A stretch of DNA of 64,000 bases from Eledone cirrhosa (taxonomy: Eukaryota). The position numbers were made by a program, and so were the translations under genes. The notes under the pieces were generated by a model. The model was not told the origin of the DNA and did not search any database. It worked only from the letters and a program-made list of their open reading frames with translations. Of the stretch, positions 1 to 13,750 are shown piece after piece (position 1 is the first letter of the stretch; the number at the start of each line of letters is the position of its first letter). The DNA lies in assembly GCA_964016885.1 (NCBI GenBank), contig OZ024743.1:266600001-266664000 (forward strand), read 5' to 3'.

Positions 1-29
1 TTGTGTTGTGTTGTGTGTGTGGTTTCGTT

Positions 30-2081
30 CTAGGTTGTGGTGGTGGTTTGTTGCGGGGAAACCATGTGTTTTCGTATTTTTGCCCTATTAGTGTGTGCTA
101 TTGTGTGGCCTAGGTTTGGTGCTGTGGAGAAAGAGAATTTTACAGTGTGCCTATTGAAGAGCTTGTGGTATTTGTGTGTGCGTGGAAAAGATTGTTCGAG
201 AGCCCTGAAGAAGGTTCCCGGTATGTTAGTGGCGACGTGTATAGAATAGAGGGCGTTATACCATGTGACAGGTCTACTTAGGTTTATGCAGTGTTTAGTG
301 AAGTCTCTGTGGTTGGGTGGTAGTTTGTATGTGTTTTGGTCAGGCGTATGTTTCATAGTGGTTCCAAGTAATCTATTGGCGTTATGTCCTTTGTCTCTAT
401 TGGTACGCAAACGTGTGCGATAGTCGGAGACGTTATTGGGGTTGGAGAGTATGGCTTTATCTCCTAGACAGTTATGTGTGGTGCTCTCTGCACTGCCGGC
501 TAGGGAGGGTCTTAGGTTATTGTTTGTCCTAGGTGTGGAGATTTCTTCTAAGGATCCGGTTATTTTTAGAGGTGTTACGGTTCTATTTGGGTCGATGTAA
601 GAAATCTTCTCAGTATAACCAGCGTTTATAAGTGCGGAGTCGTAGTATTCCGCGCGCTGCTTGAAGATGTTTTCATTAGCCGACAGGGTGGACACTCTGT
701 TGGAGACGCTTTTAACTATTGAGTTAATTATGCTCCTAGGGTGTTTGGAGTGTCTATTGACGTATCTAAGATTTTCATTAGGTTTGTGGTAGGGTGACAT
801 CTAAAAAGCTAACTGTCCTGTTGTTAGGTTCGATTTCTACTGCTAAACCTTGGGTCTTAAAGATGTACCTAAGTCGTTTGTGTAGTCTATTTAATTGGCT
901 ATTATTAAGTCCACGGGTCAATAGTATGGCATCATCCCGGTATAAGCCACCGCCCAAGGAGGGGATCTCGTCTGTTAATATATTTAGGAGGTATATGCCT
1001 ACTACATCTGTAACCTGTGCGGAGTCAGTCGATCCCATGGTGATGTCGAAGCTATCTGGTCTCTTCTGTCGTTCTCACAATCTTCCGTCCAATTCTAGTA
1101 AAGTTTTCCTAGCTGTTATTATTATGTCCACTTCTTTTCTAGTGAGGCTTGATCTATTCATGGCTGAGATCAGTGCCTTGTTAAGGATGATTGAGGATAT
1201 AGATGCGTAGTAGTTGGTAATGTCCAATTGGACTAATCTAACATTCGACTTAGTTTCAATGGCACAAAACCAGTCTATTACCTCCTTTGTACAAGACCAT
1301 AGGCTGAGTATAGTTCTAATCCTAAGTTCAGGTATAATTCGGTCAATGATTGATTTGCTAAGTCTACCTAGGTCCGATTTGGAAGGGGCTATGAGCCTGA
1401 CCGGTAGTTTTGACTGGAAGTCCGGATTATGGTCTTTAATGGATAGTCTCGGTGTCCTAGGGTTGTAAGGATAGGTCCTGTCGTCAATACTCAGTTCGGT
1501 CATTATTGTTTTCGCCTGTTTGTTTATGTGTGCTTGGTTTTCTCGTGTTGATGTTTTGTATATTTTAGCGATTTCGTTTGTAATGCATCTGTTGTAGGTT
1601 TTGTACTCCAAATTATATAGGTTTCTTGTTTTATCAGCTGGTACGATAATGCCAGTGCTATTCTTGATCTTTTTTATGGTTGAGGCGAGCCCAGACAGGA
1701 ATGCACTTCTGTCAGGGTTTCGCGGTGGTTTCCTGAATCTAATTATCCGGACCATGGTAATGATCCTGCTCTCAAACTCCTCAAGGAGAGGGTTGTGCGG
1801 TGGGTTTTTCGTAGATTTAAAAAGTATTTTTATGTGGTTGGTGGGATTGTCAATTGATCCAGGGGCCCTCCTGTTGTTGTAGTGGTAGGCCCTCCAACGG
1901 ATCCTCCTGATGAAATTATTAGTCTGCTTTAGTAATAGGTCCATGTAGACATCTTCCGAAGGTATAGGAATGTCCTTTAGGGAGGAAGTGTTGTAGAACA
2001 ATTCCATGGTGTTCCAGGTAAGCGTTCGACAAAGAAAGGAGCTAAATAGCCAGGGGGTGTAACTAGGAGTTACTGCAGGTT
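30..2081 (-). mobile_element. Penelope-like retroelement, lineage A (Naiad-like, tentative); frameshifted RT; any endonuclease would lie off the left edge
   Basis: ORFs 1075-2184, 778-1038 and 30-800 join into one PLE RT: SLKDIPIPS..FIRRIRWRAY, VPADKT, QLDITNYYASI, MGSTDSAQVTD, LYRDD, VSFLDVTL, PYHKPN..HP. Probable ATG at 2007 (MELFYNTS). Confidence 0.9.
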
Positions 2082-2376
2082 CGCCGATTATTGAGTCGGG
2101 TAGGATCGATATAGATCGAACCTTGAGCTGATGAGTGGCGAAACGCGCGTCACCTATCAATAAATGCAATGAAGGAATAACCAATCGTCCTGTTATCCTT
2201 TCAATATATTACACTCTGTATAGCTCTACACCTCATCACAGAAGTGAACCTAAACATCGAGTGCTCTCACGGGTGAACCTGCAGTAACTCCTAGTTACAC
2301 CCCCTGGATATTTAGCTCTTTTTTTTTGTCGAGCGCTTACCTGGAACACCATGGAATTGTTCTACAACACTTCCTC
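2082..2376 (+). mobile_element. Inverted pseudo-LTR of the preceding PLE, running into the ORF start
   Basis: 2276-2376 is the reverse complement of 1982-2081 and ends in ATGGAATTGTTCTACAACACTTCC (MELFYNTS). Carries an HHR-like core and AATAAA at ~2159. Confidence 0.8.
2128..2151 (+). ncRNA. Hammerhead-like motif (partial)
   Basis: CTGATGA-gtggc-GAAA-cgcgcg-TC with palindromic stem III. Stem I pairing is poor, so the true 5' core may have been lost at the inversion junction. Confidence 0.5.
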
Positions 2377-2377
2377 T

Positions 2378-3885
2378 TATCTGTTTTGAGCCTCAACTTT
2401 TTTCTGGTCTTAAACATTGCGTCTACACCTTCGTGTCTCCCTCTGTGTGTATATCTCTTTATGTATTTGTCATGTCTATGTGTTTTATACGTGAGTGGGT
2501 TTGTATCGTTTGCTGTTTTGCTGTTTGTGTTTTTTCTTTCCTATTCTGTCTTCATTCAGTAAGTTGCAGCTGTTACTATTCCATTCATGTGTTCTGTTCA
2601 GGCTAGGTCTATCTTCTATTATGTGTGTGGTCTCCGTATTTTGTCTGTGTGTTGCTTCAGTTCTATGGGAAGATAGGATCTTTATTTTTATGTTATTTAT
2701 TGACCTCCGTTTTTTTAGTTCGGTATGTTGGTATAGCACTGATTAGCTTTTCTCTTCCTTAAGTCCTCACCAGTGTTCCTTTAATCCCTCTCCTAAACTA
2801 TAGGCTATCTCTCCTAAGTATGTCGCTGTCTTGTATTTACATCGTCCTTCTGTACATCTTAACCTATAGATGACATTTCTTGTTTTGCTGTATATCTGTA
2901 CAGTATCGTACTGACTATACAGTACAAGGAGTTTCTAAGGGGATATCTCCTACTGATCCGGGATTTAATAGTAGTTACTGATTTTTCTACTACTTTAATC
3001 CTAAGGTTAATTTGCCTAAAGTTTTCTAAAACGATGCGCTAGTTCGCCTTTAGGGGTAGCATCGACGAACATACATTCTGGTACATCTGGCTGTCATACT
3101 ATGAGTTGGACTTCCGTATCTTTTTCTTAGTCCTTGCTATCCTATTCCAGGATTTACTTCTGTATAGTGGGTAAATCCCATTCTCATCATTCTCGTTAAT
3201 GGTTTTGAATTTAGCCTTGGCCCATTTGTACAACCTGATCTTGTCTGTTTGGTTATAACCAGAGAACTGCATGCGGTGGATGAAGTGCAGTATGTGACTC
3301 TTTAACTCTGTTGGATCGTACATGCGGGAAACATTCCTCATTGCAATTACCTAGTCCACTATCAAGATATTGAACTAAGAATTACATGAGATAGCTGGGT
3401 TCCGGTGGATCAGATACTTGGAAGCTAAGATTTTTGGTATATTGTGAAAAGAGGATTTGAGCCTTATCATTATTAGTTGCAGCCAGCTGTGTCTAACAAA
3501 CTTATTCTGCAGTAGGGTTGCTTAGTGTGGTGGCCTACTGTTACTTTAATGCGCTGGTGGATGGAGTCATCTATTTGCTGGATGCTCTCCGTGGTGCTAG
3601 CTCCTAGTTCCGGTCCATTGGTACTCTCTCGTTGGGGTAGTTTTAACCACGTTATTGATATCCTCAATTTAGTGAGAGCAAATGGCTTTAGTTATGGAGT
3701 TCTCCAAGAGTGTCCCTTGAGTCTCCTCTCCAACCACACCACGAAACGATTGGCCACATCGCAAGCGACGCTGACGCTAAGTCCGCTCCCTTTTCTTGGC
3801 CTTATCTTTTCTTCATGAACTTAAACATATGATCCTTTAGGGTAGTTTTAATACTCGCTCCAACCGCATGTGCGACCATTCTTCT
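2378..3885 (-). pseudogene. Decayed PLE, lineage B (RT C-terminus, GIY-YIG, part of 3' UTR)
   Basis: HFIHRMQFSGYNQ..YPLYRSKSWN (3099-3341) and LNRTHEWN (2485-2739) match the copies at 20787-21663 and 60060-61358; many stops. Confidence 0.85.
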
Positions 3886-4466
3886 AAAATGCTGAAGAAT
3901 ATATATAAAAACTAAATGTAAACAAGTTGACTCCTGTATCTCTCGAAGGAAACATATAAGAATAATAAATTTAGTCATCTACTAATATAATATTTTTTCA
4001 TATTTTATCGCATATTTTATCTGTTTTGACTTTTTAATGTTCAAAGTATAAAATGTTCCTTCAGCCTCTCAACTATTTTTTTATTCTTTATTGATATTCT
4101 CAGTTACATTTTCCTAGCTATATATCACTTGTAAACACACATATACACACAAACAAATATAATTGTATACATAAATTCAAATATATGTATATTCGTCATT
4201 GAAATCTATAATACAAATATTGATTTTATATATTTATTTATCTTTCTTACGTTTGTTTTGTGTTCTTGTATTTTCTGTTTTATTTTGTATTTTCAGTTAA
4301 TTTAATTCCTAACAAACATTTTAAAAATATAAAATATATTTACATTTGTTGTCAGAAGAAACTATTAGAGAAACAAAATGAATTTGAATGAAAAAACGAG
4401 TGATTCGTTGTTGATTTACGATACATTTATGTTAGAATCTCCATCTTGTAGACAGCTACAAGCAGG

Positions 4467-5501
4467 GAACTTCTGACATGGTTGTATTAACATCTACCTT
4501 TGAAAGATAGCTACATGTACTGAACTTCTGACATGGTTGTATTAACATCTACATCTTAAAGATAGCTACATGTACTGAACTTCTGACATGGTTGTATTAA
4601 CATCTACCTTTGAATGATAGCTACATGTAGTGAACTTCTGACATGGTTGTATTAACATCTACCTCTTAAAGATAGCTACATGTAGTGAACTTCTGACATT
4701 GTTGTATTAACATCTACCTCTTAAAGATAGCTTCATGTACTGAACATCTAACATGGCTGTATTGTCATCTACCTCTTAAAGATAGCTACATGTAGTGAAC
4801 TTCTGACATGGTTGTATTAACATCTACCTCTTAAAGATAGCTACATGTAGTGAACATCTAACATGGCTGTATTGTCATCTACCTCTTAAAGATAGCTACA
4901 TGTACTGAACTTCTGACATGGTTGTATTAACATCTACCTCTTAAAGATAGCTACATGTACTGAACTTCTGACATGGCTGTATTGTCATCTACCTCTTAAA
5001 GATAGCTACATGTACTGAACATTTGACATGGTTGTATTAACATCTACCTCTTAAAGATAGCTACATGTACTGAACATTTGACATGGTTGTATTAACATCT
5101 ACATCTTAAAAATAGCTACATCTACTGATCATTTGACATGGCTGTATTGTCATCTACCTCTTAAAGATAGCTACATGTACTGAACATTTGACATGGCTGT
5201 ATTAACATCTACATGTTAAAGTTAGCTACATGTACTGAACATCTGAGATGGTTATATTAACATCTACCTCTTAAAGATAGCTACATGTACTGATCATTTG
5301 ACATGGTTGTATTAACATCTACATCTTAAAGATAGCTACATGTACTGAACATTTGACATGGCTGTATTAACATCTACCTCTTAAAGATAGCTACATGTAC
5401 TGATCATTTGACATGGTTATATTAACATCTACCTCTTAAAGATAGCTACATGTACTGATCATTTGACATGGTTGTATTAACATCTACATCTTAAAGATAG
5501 C
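4467..5501. repeat. Minisatellite, 55-bp unit, ~19 copies
   Basis: Unit gaacttctgacatggttgtattaacatctacctcttaaagatagctacatgtact recurs at 4467, 4522 and onward; degenerate relatives continue to ~5930. Confidence 0.95.
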
Positions 5502-6661
5502 AATATACACTGGAACTATTGTAAAGTTATTTCAACACATCTACATGGAAAAAAGAAGTAACACTGTTTGATCGTGTCAATTTTGAAGATAAACTATTAT
5601 AATTTGATGTTAATATTTCTACTTAGAATATTCCTACATGTAGATAAACTATAGCAACATTATTTCAATACCTGTACAGTGAAAAGTATTATATGGAGAA
5701 GAAAGTATTCTTTTCTGAAGATAGATTCATATAAAATAAGTTTTCTTATGCTACACATGGATAAACTATAACAACACTATTTCAACACCTTTGTTCTGAA
5801 GATGTAGTGGACCTGTGGTAACGTTATCTTAACATCTAAACATTTTAAAGTAGTTGTAGTAGCAACAACATGTAGAGAAGTTATAGTAACGTTATCTGTG
5901 CACGTCGTTTCTACAGATTGCTCTATGTAGAGAAATGATAATGATTAAGATGATGCTAACATTTAGGAAGAATAGTGAAACAAGAGAGATGACTAAATTA
6001 TAAACCTCAATCTTTATTATTAATGCTGCCAGGCGCTAACGGCATTTTACCAACTGAACAATGTGATAGGTGGCCAAGAAACAACAATTGCATTCTATAG
6101 AGGGTTAGTGGAAGGTATGAGCGACGATGGTTCTGGGTGCTGATAGGAACATACTGAATAGGTTCTTCTGGAAGACTTTTAGGTCGGTAGTTATGGACAA
6201 TTTCTTGACATGGCAGAGTTACAGGAATCTTCTTCTCCGACAAAGACCTTATCACTTTCTTCACGATCCACTTGAAGAAGAAGGTGAGGGTAAACAGGAA
6301 GGTGTTGCATTCTGTCTTGTTTTATGAAAGATGGGTGAGAGCAGAGAGATTAATGTGAGCCCTATGTGGTTAATAATGAAATCATTACTATTTTCATCAT
6401 CCCTATCACCACCACCATCATATATTGGAAAAAGAAGTACAAGAACCAATGTGATATATAGGCTTTCCCAGTGCTATAACGGCTTGACTGTGGGATGAGA
6501 TTGAAATAATCCACAGCGGCATTTGTGAAGTTCACAGATCCTGAGATGGAGCCTCAAGGAAACACCTGGCCGATTAACCCACTCGATATGCAAATTGGAC
6601 TTCTCAGCCGTTAATATGCATAAGGTAAGTATATACGTTCAAGAATCTGGCTGGAAGGTAT

Positions 6662-6704
6662 ACGTTGATGACGATAGCTAATAAGCTTGAAACTAGTACA
6701 GCGT
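6662..6704 (+). ncRNA. Minimal type-I hammerhead with C3>A core variant
   Basis: acgttg-ATGACGA-t-agct/aata/agct-t-GAAA-ctag-TA-cagcgt. Confidence 0.65.
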
Positions 6705-7081
6705 TCCTTTGTCAGTGTTGAACAAACGAGCAACGATGGTTGCTGGACACTACGGCTTAATACGGGATGTTTGTTTACAAACACACAGAGCATTATAATA
6801 AATGTTCGGTGAATTCATACGTACATATATATATGTGTGCATGTATGTATATATATATACATACTACTGTACGTCTGTATACATATATGAATGTACGTGT
6901 ACATACTTATATTTAAGTAACAGCCGTAATAAGAGTGGGAAATGAAATGTCGTTTCATTTTTTCCGTTTATCGTTTTCGGTGCACCCCGCCGATTAACCA
7001 ACTCGATATGCAAATTGGGCTTCTCAGCCGTTAATATGCATAAGGTAAGTATATACGTTCAACAATCTGGCAGGAAGGTAT

Positions 7082-7124
7082 ACGTTGATGACGATAGCTA
7101 ATAAGCTTGAAACTAGTACAGCGT
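7082..7124 (+). ncRNA. Second copy of the C3>A hammerhead
   Basis: Identical to 6662-6704. Confidence 0.65.
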
Positions 7125-7329
7125 TCCTTTGTCAGTGTTGAACAAACGAGCAACGATGGTTGCTGGACACTACGGCTTAATACGGGATGTTTGTTTACAA
7201 ACACACCGAGCATTATAATAAATGTTCGGTGAATCCATACGTACATATATATATATGTGTGTATGTATGTATATATATATACATACTACTGTACGTCTGT
7301 ATACATATATGTATGTACGTGTACATACT

Positions 7330-7360
<31 letters not shown>

Positions 7361-7565
7361 TGTATACTTTCTATATATGTACACGAGCGCCTACGTATGT
7401 GCGCGCGCGTGCGTGTATATATATATGTATGTGTATGTGTATGTGTCTTTATATCCGTGTTTTTACATCTAGGTTTTTTGTTTTGTTTCTTTTTTCTTCC
7501 TCCCTTTTTTTACATCCTCATTTTTATGCGTGTGCATGCAAACAGGTCAATATGCGTGAGTGTAA

Positions 7566-7618
<53 letters not shown>

Positions 7619-8150
7619 TATCGAATGTATGGATGTCTAAGTTTGCGTGTGTATATAAGCATGTATATTTTTGTGTTTCTTTTGTGAGATATACGTGTGT
7701 GTGTATGCGTGTACCTTGTTTGTCTTCTTTTCTTTAATTTTTTCTTTCTAAATTATTGTTCCATTTTTATAAATATATCGAGATTGATACTTTCCTTTAA
7801 TTATTACACTCCCTTACCTCTTTTATTTCCGCATATAAGTGTACGTGGTGTGTAGGTGTGTTTATGCGCGTGCCTTCATATTCTTATGATGTATCTATTC
7901 TGTCTGTAGTTTACAGATACACAGATACATTTGCTCTAAAATATATATTTACGCACACTTTTTCACTATACGTATACATTTGTGCATACACATATATGCA
8001 CATCTGTGAGCGTATATACATACATAAACACACACCTAACTATATTTCTTGAAAGATTTTTATATATTTCATATTGTAATTCATTTGTCTATATATGTTT
8101 TTTGCTTTTCTTGATGAGACTTTCCAAGTATTTACCCATGTTTTATATTG

Positions 8151-8220
8151 CCTCGTCTGACGAACGAATGAAGACGTTTCTTTCGTATTCGCCTCATTCG
8201 GGAAACCTCTGGTAATGAGG
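8151..8220 (+). ncRNA. Type-I hammerhead ribozyme
   Basis: cctcgt-CTGACGA-a-cgaatga...tcattcg-g-GAAA-cc/tct/gg-TA-atgagg; all three stems pair. Confidence 0.8.
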
Positions 8221-8246
8221 TAATTATATTGTATTGAGTTTTATAC

Positions 8247-8309
<63 letters not shown>

Positions 8310-8617
8310 CCACACTCATATATATATACCTGTCTATAGCGAAAATTACTGCTAGAAAACCTTTTTAACTCCTAGAATTAACGATTAACTGATTAATTTA
8401 ATTAGACAATTCTATTGATTGATTAATTGTTTATGTTTGTTTGATTACTTCTGGTTGAGTGCTTAATTCGGTTTGTCTAAGGGAATTTCATTCCTTTGTC
8501 CCAAATTTTGAATTGACCGCCAAAACGGGGGTTACCTCCCTATGGGAAAACCACGTGTGTATAGCGAAAATTACTGCTAGAAAACACACCCCTCGAGGCT
8601 ATAGAATGCAAGAGTTG

Positions 8618-8714
8618 TTGACGAAGTAAATCCTTTGTTCTGTCGTCAAAGGCCATTAACTTGCAGACCCCTGCAAACGGAATTAGTCGATATCGGATTT
8701 ACAGAAACCTAGCG
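8618..8714 (+). ncRNA. Degenerate hammerhead-like fold with branched stem II
   Basis: TTGACGA-a-gtaaatcc...ggatttac-a-GAAA-cctag with internal hairpin ttgcag/ctgcaa; 3' stem I missing. Confidence 0.35.
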
Positions 8715-9010
8715 TGAATGTTGTATGTTATATGTGATGTATATTGTATGCTATACGTCATGCGTTATGTGTTGCATTCGATGTCCACGTAATGGTCCAT
8801 GTCAGTCAAAATCTTTTCCTGAGTTCAGTTTTTTTCGTTGCTATGGCAATGCTGCTGGACTGTCGGTCGATATATTTGATTTACAAAGCTGTCTAAACGT
8901 ATTGTTATATCCGTGGGGTATTATTCTCCATCGAGTGCTAAGCTGCATTCCGAATCTGCATTCGTTAGCTTAGCCGCAGCCAAAAGCTTCGTTGATACTG
9001 TACTAAAATT

Positions 9011-9064
<54 letters not shown>

Positions 9065-9222
9065 TAACAGATTAAAGTTTAAGCAAAGAATCGCTGCTTA
9101 TTATATATTTGATATATATTTATCCTTATCGAGCCCTCTCTGGATTTTAGTCTTCAAATTTATTATTATTATATATATATAAATAGTAAGAATATTTTTG
9201 AAACAGCGAGTTGGTTTGAAAT

Positions 9223-9443
9223 TATTAGAAATGTAAGCTATCGCCGTATTTTGACTAAAGAAATTAAAGAAATTATTTAGCCTGATAGTGGGGTTAAGAA
9301 CCCTCGGAGAAATGGAAAAAGATGAGTATGTAGTCAATACTCATCTTTTTCCATTTCTCCGAGGGTTCTTAACCCCACTATCAGGCTAAATAATTTCTTT
9401 AATTTCTTTAGTCAAAATACGGCAATAGCTTACATTTCCAATA
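9223..9443. repeat. Fold-back palindrome, 107-bp arms, 7-nt loop
   Basis: 9223-9329 is the reverse complement of 9337-9443 with ~2 mismatches; between (TA)n tracts. Confidence 0.95.
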
Positions 9444-9959
9444 TATATAAATATATATACACACACACACACAATTTACTGTATTATGGCTATTCGTGAG
9501 GTTTGTTACTGTAAAGTTTCACCTGCACGCTCACGGAATCACCAGTCTTGTCTGGTAAGGACGCAGGAGGTGAAACTCCAGAGTAACAAGGCTTATGTAG
9601 TGTTTGATATTTAAATACTACTTCGGTATTGAGTTTTCATTCTTCCGACCGTTAATAATTCACGTACTCTCAGGTCCTGAGTAATCGTTCCCACCGCCGG
9701 TTTTTAATTTGTTAGCCCCAAACCCTCGCTTATTAACTGTTGCTAATCTATTTCTGCCATAATTTTATTGCAAGTGATTTATATTGATACAGCAGGTGGA
9801 GGATCTAATAAGAATTTTATTTTACATTAATAAAACAACATTATATATGACAAAAGAAGAACATTACAAGAAATCACATATTTACACTATACAATTAGTG
9901 ATTTACCAAGCCCTCATCCCACATTATTGCCACCCCTTCTATTATTTGGGACCCGAGAG

Positions 9960-10980
9960 TGCAACCATACTTTCCTCCTCTCTATTTCTATCATACAAAA
10001 CACTCTTTTTATCCCCCTCTCTGTAGCTGCTAAAATCAATCTCTACCCATCTCTATATCTACAACGACACCGCCTCTCTTATCCCACTCTCTTTATCTAA
10101 GACTAATACATACTTTCACTCCTTATAAATATCTGCACTTATCTCTCCCATTCCCACTTTGTATATCATTCACCCCTAAATTCTAACTCTCTCTATATCT
10201 TCTACACGGCACACTCCCATTATCCTTTTCTGTATATCTACAACCACAAAATTCTCCTCCTCTCTAGTACAGAATACTATCTTCAAATACCTCTCTCTAT
10301 ATCAAGTAACACCAAACTCTCCCACTTACTATATCTAATACACGGTACTATCTTCAAATACCTCTCTCTATATCAAGTAACACCAAACTCTCCCACTTAC
10401 TATATCTAATACACGGAACTATCTTCAAATACCTCTCTCTGTATCAATTAACACCAAACTCTCCCACTTACTATATCTAATACACGGAACTATCTTCAAA
10501 TACCTCTCTCTATATCAATTAACACCAAACTCTCCCACTTACTATATCTAATACACGGTACTATCTTCAAATACCTCTCTCTATATCAATTAACACCAAA
10601 CTCTCCCACTTACTATATCTAATACACGGAACTATCTTCAAATACCTTTCTCTATATCAATTAACACCAAACTCTCCCACTTACTATATCTAATACACGG
10701 TACTCTCATCTAATACTCCTCTCTATATCAATTAATACTAAACTCTCCTCCTCTCTATATCTACTACACGGAACTCTCTTCCAATCCTTCTCTGTATATC
10801 AATTATCACCCAACTCCCCCCTCTCTATATCTACTACACTGAAATCTCTTCAAATTCCTCTCTACATCAATGAACGTCCATCTCTCCCCCTTTATATATC
10901 TAATATACAACACACTCTTCCAACCTTCCTCTCTATATCAACTGCCACCAAACTCTCCACCTCTCTATATCTATATCTAT
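9960..10980. repeat. Minisatellite: ~6 copies of a 71-bp unit (10276-10701) within degenerate ~35-bp units
   Basis: actatcttcaaatacc recurs at 10276, 10347 and onward; each unit has two related ctatatc halves. Confidence 0.9.
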
Positions 10981-12002
10981 CTCTCCCACTTGTCTCTACA
11001 TAACATATACATAATTTGTAGCGCATATACAAATAGATGTGTTTTGGTAGTCTGGGGAAAAAGTATAATTATTAGTGCACGTGGGCAGGAGGGCAACATT
11101 GAAGATTATTTTGTTAATAAACAGTGGTAAATTAAACATATCTTGGTGTTGAATATTAGTCTCACATATCCTAGATTCACTGAGTATGGCGACGAAAGTC
11201 CCGAGGCAGTTGTAGGAGCACCGTAGTTACAGCGTCTCTTAGGCATTATAAATATAGTGGGACCCAGCATCACTTCAGGTTTCTAGCAATGTCTTCCAAA
11301 GTGACAGAAAGACAGGGGGGGGGGGCATAGAGAAAAAATTGACACCTGTGCAGAACTTGAATTGTTTTTATCGATCTCAAATGGATGAAAGGCAAAGTTG
11401 ATCTCGGTGGGATTTATTCGTAGAGCCATTCGCAAATTATTCCTAGATGTAATAGGTCAGGATAAAATCTACCATCGGGCTCTAAAGTCATAAAAGGTTG
11501 TTTCATATTTTCTGCAGTATAGTCAAGGGATGGAAATACGATCAAGACAATCGCAGCCCTGCTGAACTAAATATCGTGTTTATCCAGTCTGTAAATTGAA
11601 AAGTGTAAATATTCAACAGTTTTCTAAATTGTAGCATGTATTCAAAGTACTATTTAAACTGTTGTTGCAATCTAAATTTCAAAACTAGAAGTTTGTTTCT
11701 CTGTTTCAACGTGAGTTCATCTTCCAAGATTGAGCTTAAAGGAATTTGAAATATATTATTAGAAGAAAATGTCTTGCGGCATTTGTTCTTGTTCTGTAAT
11801 ATTCTAAAGCCATAATTATCCGAGATCAATGCCTACATTAAATTGGGTGGTATCATAGGACGTTAAAGACCAAATACCCAACCCACGGCAGTCGTAGCAA
11901 TATTATCTATCTATAACACCCTGCATCCTGCACTCTTTTCCCAGTGTCTCTCACTCCACACCCTCTCTCTTTATATCTATATATCTGTCTATCTATCTAT
12001 TC

Positions 12003-12100
<98 letters not shown>

Positions 12101-12745
12101 ACTTAATAGTAAAGGAAGACATTCATACCACGGAACTTTAAAAAAAAAACAAGTAGCCAAGGGATATAACTCTAAAATATTAATTTTGAATAAGCTCCCC
12201 TTAAAGAAAAAATGTCTTCATGTTATTAGTCAGTGGTGGATTTCGCTGTGAAATCATTCATTTTCTTTTTATACTTAGTCAGTTGAATGCGGCCATGCTG
12301 GAGCATCACCTTGATTTAGTCGATTATGCCGACTCCTGAATTCATTTTTTAAAGTTTGGTTCTGATATTGTCGATTTCTGTCGAGAAATATATAAGGCGG
12401 TATATCGATCAACATTGAACAATAGAATCAACTTTAAAAATAACCAAATTCTTGATGCCTGGGCCATGCGTCTCCGACAAAAATTTGTTCTCGTTTCACA
12501 TTAGTTAATCCTGTTCCTTACACCAGTACAATCAATGAAGAAAAAATGCGATAAAGCTTCAAAACTTCAAAGGGTACCTGAATAAATTCTTCCACGATAT
12601 AATCTAAGAAACCACATACACCCGGATATATTTCGGCCTATGTCAACACGGCTGGTATCTGGTGTACCTAAATATAATTTAGATATGGAATCTGACTTTA
12701 AAAGCGCCACCATGTGAAATTGTTTACCTAGTATAGGCCTAAAGT

Positions 12746-13116
<371 letters not shown>

Positions 13117-13139
13117 ATATATATAATTATAGATAATAA

Positions 13140-13277
13140 TACAAGGCTGATTAGTTAAGCCTTCATAACGTTTATTGATTGGTGACGCGTGTTTCGCTAT
13201 TGATCAGCTCAAAGTTCCATATGTATCGATCTGGCCCGACAGCTCAAAGTTCCATCTGATCGAGCTGGCCCGACTCT
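13140..13277 (-). mobile_element. Solo pLTR fragment homologous to 2093-2195, with degenerate HHR-like core (13184-13207)
   Basis: Minus strand gaactttgagctgatcaatagcgaaacacgcgtcaccaatcaataaa aligns with 2118-2164. Confidence 0.65.
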
Positions 13278-13587
13278 GGAATCATATGTTCGTTGTACCT
13301 CTGCTGTTGTAAAGGAGAAAATCCACCGTTTTGTCACAACCCACCACCATGCTCATGGATAATTTACGAATTTCCTTCACTTGTATCCATTGAAACCCTT
13401 CTTCCCGCAGTATGTTATTCTCATCATGGTGTTCATAAACAACCATTATATCCGTATCGTTGATGTAAAGATTAAAATAGACATAAACTAAAAATAGAAC
13501 CCCTTCATTTCTCCAGTTCATCGTAGACCATACACATATCAACTCCTAGTAAACTACACATCCTATTTCTCTGCTTAAATCCCTCAT

Positions 13588-13679
<92 letters not shown>

Positions 13680-13750
13680 ACACACACACACACACACATC
13701 TATCTATCTCTCTCTCTCTCTCTATCTATATATTTGTGTAAGCAAAGAGT

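Larger units (their letters stand above)
6569..7332 (+). mobile_element. Non-coding pLTR/retrozyme-like module, direct duplication with 420-bp period
   Basis: 6569-6912 is nearly identical to 6989-7332. Each copy has ATGCAAAT and an HHR-like fold; ends in (TA)n. Confidence 0.7.

Noticed and set aside
2008-2184. N-terminal extension of ORF 1075-2184
   Set aside because: Reads through the 5' UTR and inverted pLTR; the likely start is the ATG at 2007.
4467-5501. Regular array resembling CRISPR
   Set aside because: Head-to-tail 55-bp units with no unique spacers, no cas genes, eukaryotic context.
6007-6449. GC-richer stretch with short ORFs as a host exon
   Set aside because: No recognisable domain; more likely an old LINE 3' remnant, as at 16900-17080, but too weak to call.
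9100-9165. TTGAAGA..AAA on the minus strand (also 13948-14008) as a hammerhead
   Set aside because: Both copies lack GAAA and a clear stem I.
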